A stretch of DNA of 64,000 nt from Takakia lepidozioides (Eukaryota; Plantae; Bryophyta): positions 20,522,001 to 20,586,000 of the forward strand of contig CM060731.1 of the NCBI GenBank assembly GCA_030704615.1, read 5' to 3'. The notes under the pieces are model-generated. The model saw only the letters and a list, made by a program, of their open reading frames with translations. It did no database searches and was not told where the DNA came from. The translations under genes and the position numbers were made by a program. Below, piece by piece: positions 53,012 through 63,494 of the stretch (positions are counted from its first letter, which is position 1; every line of letters begins with the position of its first letter).

Positions 53012-56000
53012 CACTACAACAGATGAGCGTTTTTATAACTGCACATATGAGTATTTTTTCAGTCCTATATCCGTTCATGACTACATCACTCTGTAGTGAA
53101 AAAAACCCTGTCATAGCGATTAGTCTTTAGGACTGCATTTTGCAAGTCATAGCCGTGACTGCGTGCGTGGCACCTGGAGTCATGCATAAGAGAGTGATGT
53201 AGTCACAACTCTATGACTTACATACGACTAACTATATGACTACATTGTCTGATGAGCGTTACCTACATGGAGAAGCTTTAGAGGAACACGTGCACCACTG
53301 CGCAAGCGACACGTCACGACACCTATTGCACTTTCAGATGTGACATGTGGCACTTAGACATAATATATGACTAGCATATATGGCAGGGTTTATGCCACGT
53401 GTCATCAAGAATGTCTCTGAAAATAATTTAATAGTTATATTTGTAATTTTAAATTCTTAAATTTTTATTTTATTTTTGAAAACAGGGGATAGCAGCTTGG
53501 AAAAATTTAAATGGTATTATTGTTTAATTTAATAATGTTATATAAAATAAAAATAGATTAAATGATTTAAATTCTTCATTACATGGTGAAATTCTGATAT
53601 AAAAACAGAATGGACCCCTCTTACATACTAGCAACCACAAGGACATTCAAAATAGACAAGTACAGGGGAATACACGCCGTGTAAATTATATTACAAAAAT
53701 CCAAATGAGACCAATGTCCCAATGGACACCTCAAAGACCACAAGGTCCAAAAATCCATGCCTGAAAAGGTTCAGTAAGCAAAAATAAGCAAGCCCACACA
53801 TGGGCTGAATTGTTGTAATACTAGTTTGTTCTGGTGCTACTAGAATCAAGGACCCTGTTAAACAGTGCAATAGTTACAGCCGATTTGATAAGAGGGAAAA
53901 ACAGGGTGAAATGTGTTGAAGAATGTGCCTTGATTAACAGTGCCTGATTTGATCAATTGTGCCGCTGCTGCTGCGGCTTCCAGTTGACCATCTACCCATG
54001 CAGGTTTCTTGTACCTATCCTTCCACAGGGAATCATAGGTAATATGGAGCTTGAAATCCGGCCCTCTTGGATGAATCTGGACCCACACATCTATCCCTGC
54101 TCCTTCAGCTATCCATGCCCCTGCACAAATCATGCATGCATCCTCGCCTTGCTGCTAGCAGCTGACAATGACAGCCTAGAATTGCTTGAGCAAACACCCC
54201 AACCCTACTTATCACACAAGTTCCTATGCTGACTTGCGTCTGCTTCCAACATGCATTCACACCTCGATTGTTCCACCATTGACTGAGGTCGGGAACGTAT
54301 TCATCCTAGAGCTTCTCCTCGAGTCTCTGTTATCTATTTATTGATACTTTCCTGTCGACCACATTGGCAGTAACATGTCAAAATCACTCCAAAACTACCA
54401 TAGATCCACCAACGAGCTAACTTGCAGAATTCAACATTAAAATTTAGGGACGACTCTGATAGCAAGGGAAAACAAGATGAAATATGTTGAAGAAGGTACC
54501 TTCATTAGCAGCGCCTTGTTTTATGAATTGTGCTGTTGCCGCTGTTGTTTCCAGTTGACCATCTACCCACTTGTAGCCGCTGTGAGCTATTGAAGAAGGT
54601 GCCCCCTTCCCCCATCATTTGATCATAGGTCTCCATACCATGTCCCTGCTCTGCATACCCTGCAAGCATCGCGTTCCATGACACCACATCTCGTTCAGCC
54701 ATAGTGTTGAAAACTCCCTTCGCATCCTTAATGCACCCACATTTCGCATACATGTCCACAAGGGCAGTGTTCAAAATGACATCTGGTACAATTCCAGCTT
54801 TGATGATGTCACCATGGACCTCTTTCCCCTTTTCCAGAGGTCCCAGGCTTGCACACGCATTGCAAACACAAACAAACGTGATGTGGTTGGGCTTCACCCC
54901 TTCGCGCAGCATTTGCTCATAGGTCTCCAAAGCATTCCTACCACACCCATGCTTGGTAAATCCTGCCAACATTATATTCCACGTGATCAAAGATCATTGA
55001 GACATTCTGTTGAAAACTTCGTAAGCATGCATGCATGATGCTCCTGCACTTAACATACATGTTTGCTCCTGCACCCACATTTTGCATACATGTCCACCAG
55101 GGTATTGTTCAAAATGACATTTGGTACAATTCCAGCCCTGATGATGTCGCCATGGACCTCTTTGCAAGCCCTTTTCCAGAGCTGCCATGGCTGTGTTCAG
55201 AATGACATTTGATACAATTCCCTGCTTCTTCAACTATCCGTGCGTCTGCACAAATCATGCATTCATCTTTGCCTTGCTGCTAGCAGCTCACAATAACAGC
55301 CTAGATACCTAACTCAGCTTATGACCCTAGTTCCTATGTTGAATTGCGTCGATACTCTCTGTAATCTAACAGACATTCACCTTTTTGCCTCGATTGTCTC
55401 ACCGTTAATTGGGGTCACAAAAGTATCCATTCCACAACTTCTCCTCATCTCTGTTACATACTTTCCTGTTGTCACATTGGCAGTATCATGTCAAACTCGC
55501 TGCAAACTAGATTCACTCAACCAGCTAACTTGCAGAATTCAACATGGAAATTTAGGGCCAATTCTGTGATTGGAAAGAGAACCCAGAGGGATGGAATGGA
55601 AGCAGTAGCATGGGTATGTCTCTGATGCATCAACAGACAGCAGTCAGACCAAGTTCTATGACCCAAACCCAGAGTGAGCATAATGGCTTTGTAAGGCCAA
55701 TGCCTACAGGGCATATTCAATACTACAATGAGGATACGCAAGCAGCAGATACCATGTGCAAATCAAAAAACAACAAAAACAGATAAGAGAAGACAGCTCG
55801 CAAGAAACGGATAAGAGGGAAAAATAGGGTGAAATGTGCTGAAGGAGGTGCCTTCAGTAGAAGTGCCTGACCTTATCAATTGTGCCGCTGCTGCTGCCGC
55901 TTCCAGTTGACCATCTACCCATGTAGGTTTCTTGTAGCTATCCTTCCACATGGAATCATAGGTAATGTGGAGCTTGAAATCCAGCCCTCTTGGATGAATC

Positions 56001-57197
56001 TGGACCCACAATCTATCCCTGCTCCTTCAGCTATCCATGCCTCTGACAGCCTAGAATTCTACCAGCAAACACCCCAACCATACTGGTGTGGAGTTCTTCC
56101 CCAAAACACCCCAACCCTACTTATCACAATCTGAAATGCATCTGCTTCTCTCTGTAGTCCAACAGGCATTCGCCTTTTTGTCTCCATTGTCCCACCATTA
56201 ACTGGGGTCGGAAAGTGTTCACCCCAAAGCTTCTCCTCACCTCTATTATATGTTGTTGGATACTTCCCTGCTGCCACACTGGCAGTAACTTGCCAAAGTC
56301 ACTCCAAACCACCACAGATCTACCCAACGACCTAACTTACAGAATTCAATATGCATCTTGCGGCCAAGTCTGATGAGATGGCAACACAGGCTGAAATAGA
56401 TTGAAGAAGAAGGTGCCCTACCACATTGTCCTTGACCTGTCCTGACCCATGGAGGATTTGACCGACCATCAACCTAAAAGGACCTCTTGTGTGTGCTACT
56501 TGTGTCTATAGTCAGGTAATGTCGGATTGGTCTGTGAGATCGAACCACTACGGCGTAGCTGAGTAGTCAGAGATTGAAACACGCCTGCTAAGACCAAGCT
56601 GACTCTCCCAAGAACGGCGAGCTCGCTTCTCCTCGTCTCCTCTCCTCCTCCTCTTCTCCTTCGTGCATCATTTGCTCAATGCCTCCATCCCACGCCCCTG
56701 CATATCCTGCTATCATCGCGTTCCATCCCTCGGCTATGTGGTGTGGCGCAGGAGACAAAAAAAATGCCAAGTCCCAGCCCTCCTTTCTGTTCACGATTAC
56801 CCTAATGGGCAACCTTATTAGCAACTTTTTAACTTTTTTAAACCTAATGGGCAACCTTATTTGCATTATATGTGCCTTCAAAATGACACGTGTAGTGTGG
56901 AGTCGTATAAATAGAGCTGTGAAACCATCTTCAGTCATGGAGTCATAAGATTCCATGAAACGTCGTCCACGTGTAGTCAAACATATCACACTAGTCATAT
57001 AAACCATCCCTGTCATCATGGTCGACAATGTTTGACCAATGCTCCCTAACTTTCCGGAGTCATGTAGTGATATCCATTATTACAAAGTCATAAAACTATG
57101 ACTGCAATGCATTTCAGCACTCTGTAGTCATCTACCTAGTGCAGTTTTTATGACTCCGCCAAAGCCGTAGTCCTAAAAACGCTCATCTCTTGTAGTG
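53012..57197. mobile_element. Non-autonomous Pack-CACTA, 4186 bp, complete
   Basis: 23-bp TIRs CACTACAA(C/G)AGATGAGCGTTTTT. 3-bp TSD ACA (53009-53011, 57198-57200). ATGACT/AGTCAT subterminal repeats at both ends. Removing the element restores the host reading frame. Confidence 0.96.
53860..56730 (-). pseudogene. Cargo of Pack-CACTA: PLS PPR pieces interleaved with ~3 decayed copies of an unidentified ~190-aa domain X
   Basis: PPR at ~54600-55230 and ~56660-56730. Domain X at ~53870-54600, 55240-55560 and 55800-56440 (e.g. AWIAEGAGIDVWVQIHPRGPDFKLHITYDSLWKDRYKKPAWVDGQLEAAAAAAQLI). Confidence 0.8.
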
Positions 57198-57353
57198 ACA
57201 TCTCGCATTCTGTGCACTTAGCAAAGGTGCTTCCTGTTTTCCAAACCTCCACGTTAGGAAATATTCGATTCCGTATACGGCTTATAGCTGGTTGCGAGAC
57301 TCATTTCAAACCGAGCAGTCTGTTTGTCTGCACCCCAACTCCCCAACAATGTC

Positions 57354-57377
57354 AACGTCCACTGGGCAGTGGAGGTT
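57354..57377. repeat. 24-bp palindrome, copy 2
   Basis: AACGTCCACTG-GG-CAGTGGAGGTT inside the transposase intron (57328-57475). Confidence 0.9.
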
Positions 57378-58750
57378 CTACAAAGTGGAAGAACAAGAAA
57401 GCATGATGGCATCAAAAATAATAAAATCATCCACAGTATTTTGAAAAACGAAAGGGGACAACGAATAAAAGTCACCTCGTTGAACTCCTCTCGAATTCTC
57501 TTCCAGTTCATTTCGGGTGGCAAAATTCTCAAAGTATCCCGACGTCCCTTTCCAATGCAACGTGTTTTGTGAGGCATAAGGTCAGTATTGGCATTGATAA
57601 TGGACATAATGTTCCCCTCTGCCTGGAGTGTCCCTAGTCGCGGCCGCTTGACGCCACGATTTCCGTGGAAAGATGACAAACAACCCTCTTTACTGAACTT
57701 TTTGTACTCCATATACGTTGACCTTCCAATTCCGTGTATTATCCACCATGCTTTCTCACAAACATCAACACCTTCTATCGTAACATACCACCTGCGCGAT
57801 GACCCATCCATAATGTGAAGTCGTTTTGAAACATTCAATCCTCTCATCGAATGACGAACACGAACTGCCAAGGTTTTTCTCCAATCAAAATACTGGCAGC
57901 ACTGAAGCTTGCAGCAAGGTTTGCTGCTCACCGACCTCACTTCATCCAAAGTAAGATTTTTCTTGCACTTTTTTTAGTCCTCCATATTGGATGGATTTTT
58001 CTTCATAGTAAAATACATGTATGCTGCTTTCAATATGCCTGTACCATGGTCGTCATTCTCCATATCTCTACATGATCGTAGGAAATTTTCGAGATCAACG
58101 GAGAGTATCCGGCCATTTTCAAGAAGTCTTGTTTTTGTTAACAGCCATTTCACAATCGACATCAGTGAACCGGACTCTCCAGAGATTGTTTTGGTGACCA
58201 GAACCCCAACATCGTCCTCTCCGAGTTTGTCATTCAGAATGATCTCGTTAGGAATGCATGCCTGAATTCGGCCTTTGAACAGGGCGTTTCCGTCCTCCCC
58301 AAGAAGAAGACACTGCAAGTTTTTCCAACATTCTCTCCCCAGACCTGCAGGCAGATCCCCCCCAGTCTCACCATTGGACGGAATATCATTGTTTTCAGAG
58401 CTTTGTCCTTGATAATCACTACCTTCTATGATGGAATGACATCCTGGGTTTCTCGGGGATGATGAATCCACAGTTTCATGCGTGCGAACACAGGACACGT
58501 CCCACACAACTGGAGTCCCAATCGCCTCCTTCAATGTGTCAGCATCCATGTGTCGATAAGGCAGAGGACAGGAGCCGAATGCGTCATCACAAAAGATCAG
58601 GGTAACTGAAATGGTGGACGAACACAAGTGGTGTCCGTAGCAAGTTCCATCCCCAGATACATTCAGGCAATCTCCTGAGGCAACAACTGAAGGAGATCCA
58701 GGAAGTGATAGAAACACCCTTTGGCCTACTTGGAACTCCATGAAGTTAGT

Positions 58751-58774
58751 AACCTCCACTGGGCAGTGGAGGTC
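58751..58774. repeat. 24-bp palindrome, copy 3 (half-site also at 59019-59032)
   Basis: AACCTCCACTG-GG-CAGTGGAGGTC, 10 nt upstream of the probable transposase ATG (58741). Confidence 0.9.
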
Positions 58775-60356
58775 CAGTCAAATCCTATTACTGGACTGAA
58801 GATTAACTGAAGGAAAGAAAGTCTTGCCACCGAAAGGAGAAACTTTTAAGTATAATTTTTTCGACTGTTTTGAATGAGAAAACAATATGGATTGAAAAAG
58901 TAAAGTCAATGTTTGGATCTACACTGGGACTGATAAAAAACAATTGGAATTAAATTGGAGTATGAGGGCGGAGTATAGACTACATCTATCAGAACTGTCA
59001 GATGAAGTCACAAATGCCAACCTCCACTGGGCGTACGTTAGTAGGACTACAAGTCTGGCATCATTATCGTGTGGCTCTGACAGCAGACTTTGGAATAAGC
59101 GTGAAGGATGTCGATTCTGACAAGTGGCCTGGAGAAATGAAGTCAGGCGGCTAATCGCCACAACTAATTCGGGACTGCACATTAATAATCGATCATTATA
59201 ATTAGCTGGGAGGAATCCGGAGGTGAACCATAAAGCACTTTGAGATTGTTCTGTTTGTATTTATCGTGCTGTTACAGTGAATAAAACACTTGGGCAGGGC
59301 GGGGCATTACATGCTGGCGCATTGCATTGGACAGCGAGGGCGGTGCATTACAGGTGGCGGAATGCTCTGTTGTGCCTTGCTTGCTTGCACATGTTTAATG
59401 TAGGGATGGACCCCTCATGTTGGGTATCCCTCGATAAATGGGCAGTCCCTATGGTGGCTCTGGACCTTAAATCGAGGAATGCCCGACACGAGGGGCCATC
59501 TACTATCCTTAAAGCCGTATGTCTGTCAGGGAATATTGACGCCTGGCGGCTAACAGCCGAAAGTAATTGTGGACGGCTCAATATGAGTCAATGATTATAC
59601 AATGTGACGAATCCGTAGGCACAACGTTGTGTCCTCTGGCAGATTGAGTTCGAAACGACTGCCTAGGCGTGTCACGTGGGTGGTCACATGTGCGTTTGGG
59701 GCGTGGGTTAAGGTTTGTTGGTTTCGAATCTATTTTAAGATTTTTGTAAGCGTGAGGGTTGCAGAGTCTGACCAATGGCATCATTACAATCATTTCGTCC
59801 TTTTTTCATTCGTCTATCCAGTCGTCTATCCAAACGTGTGTGCATTCGTGGAACAAAAGTTGAACTAATTTTATCTGTATGGATGGACAGTATTAATGTT
59901 AGTTTGCGTGGATGGGGCAAAACATCCATTTGGGCCGCGCGACCGTTCGATTTCGGACAGAGGCGATGGTTCAGATCATCCTTGAAGGTCGCTTATAAGG
60001 GGTGCGCTCTTTGAGCCCGGCCTTTGGGCTTCCCATTTTCTACGCGTAAGCGCTGCGCGAGTGAGAGCTTAACAGTTGAGAGAGGAGAGCGTGAAAGAGA
60101 AGAGTTTTGGAGCTCGTTTTGCAGCGACTGGACACTGGAGCGTGGAGAGAAAGAGCAGACTTGGCCAAGTGCAGAGAGAGGAGAGGGTGAAAGGTGAGAG
60201 AGTGAAATAGACGAAATTTGAAGAGCGGGGAGGAGAGACCGGACAGTGGCGAGTGGAGATTGATGAGTGTAGAGGCGAGAGCACAGTGCAATTACCGGCA
60301 AGCGGAGGTGCGGAAGAGAGTATCAAACGAAGGACTGTGGTTGCAGGGCCACCAAA

Positions 60357-62032
60357 ATGGCCGGCATAAACAGGTACAACATTAAAAACTCCATCTTTTC
60401 GTCTTATGTTTCACGTTTTGTGTTGGCCTATTCTCAGTTTTGTGTTGGCCCCCTCTCGATTCATGTGGCCTGTTCAAGATTCAATTCGTTTGGATCCTGC
60501 TTCATTCTCTGCTGCACTGCACTGTCTTCAGTGCTTCAGTCCGTGCTTTAGTGCACATTAGGATTCTGTTTCATTGTTTGCTTCAATGTTTGTTTCAATG
60601 CTGTTTCATTCTCTGTCAATTCATTTCACTCCTGCTCCATTTTGTGCTTCAGTGCATTCCTGCGTCATTGTTTTCACTGTTGTTTTTCAATTCACCGATG
60701 GTTTGTGTGGTGGTTTTGTGTGCAATTGGGTTTGTGTGTGCTTGTCTGGTCGATTAGGGTAATGGTTTAGGGTTGCGGGAGATTACCGTGCTGGTTGTAT
60801 TGCTTGTTTTGTTCATTGTGGTGATTTATTGAGGACAATGGTTTCGGAAATGCCTGGATGTTTATTTCTCAACCGTTTTCTTGATCCCCAAATCCAGCGT
60901 TAGTTGATGCATTTCTTCCCATTCAAATTCGATTCTGAATGGAAATTTTCATTTCTTATCCAATTATGTCGAATTCGACAATTCTGAAAAACCACGATAG
61001 CCTAGTCTACTTGTATTCTACAGTAGACATATGCTAACAGTAGGCTTCGTGCAGAGTAGAGTATTCGTAGACCCATATCATGCACATGAGCAACCAGAAA
61101 CTGGAACCTCCACTGCCCAGTGGAGGTTCGCGTGAATTCTGTATGCGGAAGCTGAAAGACATTTTTTTAAAGTAAGGACGAATCGGATAATTACGGGAAA
61201 ATTGAAATCAGTTTGAGACGATGTGGGAAAAAGTGATGGAATCATATGTGTTACATTGTAAGTGTGACACATACTTTCCAACGAGACTGGGATACGATAA
61301 TTGGGAACCTCCACTACCCGATATTTCTTTGGGTCAGCCAGTTACACACTCTGATTAGTTTTTATGTCAGAATGAGAAAGAGGAACGAGGGTGGGGAACC
61401 GGTGTCTGACGATGAGTACAAGACAGCCAGATTAAATTGGAACAAGAGACGGTGTTCGGTAGACGTGATGGAAGCGGACCGTCCAGATAAAAAACATGGT
61501 GTTTCGGAACCAGATAAAAAATCCAGTTGGGGGTCTAGACTCTACCGAGCCGAACAAAGTGTCTGTCAATGACAAAAATGTGACTGTAGAATCCCCGCGG
61601 AACGCATCCGAATCTCCGAACAATACACCTGAAGTCATCTGTAAGGATACCCTGGCGGAAATAAGAGAAAGCGTTCATGTAAACAATGATATCAACGGAT
61701 CTCCTGCCTACTCCCAAGATTATCCGACATACACCCCTTCAAACTATTCTCTAGACACATTGGCGGCGATACGAGTGACCGTTTTTGGATATCCAGCATC
61801 TCTGGGTTACTCGCCAGCATCTCCTGAATCCACATCAGGATCTGAAGGATATTATCTTCCAAACTTCTTCCTAGACACTGAAACGAGCGGGGGAGTCCTG
61901 GAACTACTGGACGTCTCCGGATCTCCAGGGTACTCCCCTGCGTCTCCTGATAGTATCACCAGATCCCCAAAATATACCCCTCCAGACTATTCGCCTGATA
62001 CACTCACATAGATAAGAAAGAGCATTATGTAG
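60357..62032 (+). pseudogene. Element-borne gene for a Ser/Pro/Tyr-rich protein with Pol II CTD-like YSPASP repeats
   Basis: MAGINR spliced (GT 60374 - AG 61370, phase 2) to MRKRNEGG... Frameshift in the A-run at ~61520. ~40-aa repeats opening DTL(A)xIR and containing GSPAYS, YTPSNYS, GYSPASPE, GSPGYSPASPD, YTPPDYSPD. TAG at 62009. Confidence 0.6.
61105..61128. repeat. 24-bp palindrome, copy 4 (perfect arms; half-site also at 61305-61319)
   Basis: AACCTCCACTG-CC-CAGTGGAGGTT inside predicted intron 60374-61370. Confidence 0.92.
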
Positions 62033-62208
62033 TTCTTGGGTATATAATCTAGAATCGTCTGAATATAGTGCGAGAAGTTCCTTAGTATATTTTGGACGAA
62101 TTAGGTTCGAAGATTTCTATTGTAGATTAGTCCTGTTTCAGGATGATGTACTCAATGGCTCCTGAGCCTCATTTTCATTAAAGTTTTTTCCTTCAACATC
62201 TGTAAAAT

Positions 62209-63490
62209 ATGGAGGATTTCCCATTTCATCCAGATTGCGTCCCGGGATTGATTGGAGATATTTGTGGCGCATTCGTATGCCGGAAGTCCTCACATTTCAA
62301 AACTGAGCATACCGCTATTTTTGAGCTTAACCCAGAGGTGACAGATTGGGGCATCGTGCCTGTCGGTACACCTCCTGATCACAAACTGTCTTTTCATTAC
62401 AGAAGTCTTGGAGTAATAACAGACTTAAAATACGCAGAAACTCTCGATATAGAGCTTGAATCTGAAGAGGAAAACCCGATGTTGGTTTTGTTCCTGCATG
62501 CGGATGCGAGAACCCCCAGGACGTTTGGTTTCAAAGTGGAGGTGGGTCGTCTGAACAAGTCGTTGATGAGTGAATGCGTTGCACTGGGTTTTAGATTTCC
62601 AGACGAGGGCTCAGTATTTACAGACGTAGGTTTGTCGAGGGCCTTGAGTATTTTTCTGGATCTTTAGCACGCAATGGGGGACGACATTCGCAAGAAGCGA
62701 GCACTACATGAAGCATCAAAGCCGAAGAAGGGAAAACGCAAGTCGTCGACAGGCGGCAATGATGATAATGAGGCCGGGACTTCCGCAGGAAAGAAGAAAC
62801 AGAAGGAGGATCAGGATCCAGCATTGATGTCAGATAACAAGAGACCTAAAGCTGGGGAGATTTTTGACAATGAAAAATGCGAGAAGATGGAGGAGAGGCT
62901 CACGAAGGAATACAATGATGTATTTCCATTCGGATTCGAGAGTACCTTCCTTGTGAAGGTTTCCATGATGGAACTAGCTCCAAGAAGCATGGTTTATAGG
63001 CCGTTAAATATCAAGCATAAGGACGAAGTGAAAACGCGACTCTTCCAACTTCATTTGTTCGACTCCAAACATCCGGTGTATCTTGCGCCAATCAACCCTT
63101 CCAATCCCGAAAAGATTGCTTCCTCGCGACCGAAGCAATGGAAGGAGATAGACGTATCAAGCTTCTTCGTAATTGATGGACAACACACCATCGTGGCAGC
63201 AAAGTTAATGGACTTCATTTCCTCCCAGACCTCTCTTTTAATGAACCTCCACTGGGCAGTGGAGGTTGGTGTTGAACTACAAAATTGGATATGTCCCCAC
63301 ACTTTCAACTCTCTTACCCATTTTACATTAACTGTAGCAGGAACTTCTCGAGGATCTTGCCGACAGTGAACTGAAGGAGTACTACCGGGAGTGGTCTGCG
63401 AAGATTGTATGGTCTACCGATGAACAAAGGCTCCTGAAGTTGTCAAAGCTCCTCAACGATCCCAATAAGGTGCAAAAGTTTGATACAACA
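62209..63490 (+). pseudogene. Element-borne ParB/Srx-like (DGQH) domain protein
   Basis: ORFs 62209-62667 and 62674-63204 are in one frame, split by a single TAG. Basic NLS-like tract, then YRPLNIKH..VYLAP..FFVIDGQHTIVAAK. Continues after intron 63205-63340 (donor decayed to TT) as ELLEDLADSELKEYYREWSAKIVWS. Confidence 0.65.
63244..63267. repeat. 24-bp palindrome, copy 5 (perfect arms)
   Basis: AACCTCCACTG-GG-CAGTGGAGGTT inside the intron that follows the DGQH motif. Confidence 0.92.
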
Positions 63491-63494
63491 ATCC

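Larger units (their letters stand above)
51252..58741 (-). pseudogene. DUF7869 / Sola-like DDD transposase, interrupted by the CACTA at 53012-57197
   Basis: N-terminal Tnp1/DUF8039-like domain (VVASG..YG..LPY..TLKEAIGTPVVW) and Cys-rich PCCKLQCC..VCEKAW. Intron 57475-57328. FAKCTECEMFKDLIKK is restored in frame across the insertion. Candidate catalytic Asp motifs IIHDKMD, LQMDN, GHTHEDID. Several stops and frameshifts. Confidence 0.85.

Noticed and set aside
53860-56440. Calling domain X a DYW/DYW:KP deaminase
   Set aside because: HxE-to-CxxC spacing is ~100 aa versus ~25 in DYW and other DYW motifs are missing; kept only as speculation.
57244-57252. AACCTCCAC as another palindrome half-site
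   Set aside because: Nine bases inside coding sequence (NVEVW); may be coincidental.
51080-63267. Palindrome copies as a CRISPR-like array
   Set aside because: Spacing is irregular and kb-scale, there is no repeat-spacer periodicity or cas gene, and the context is eukaryotic.
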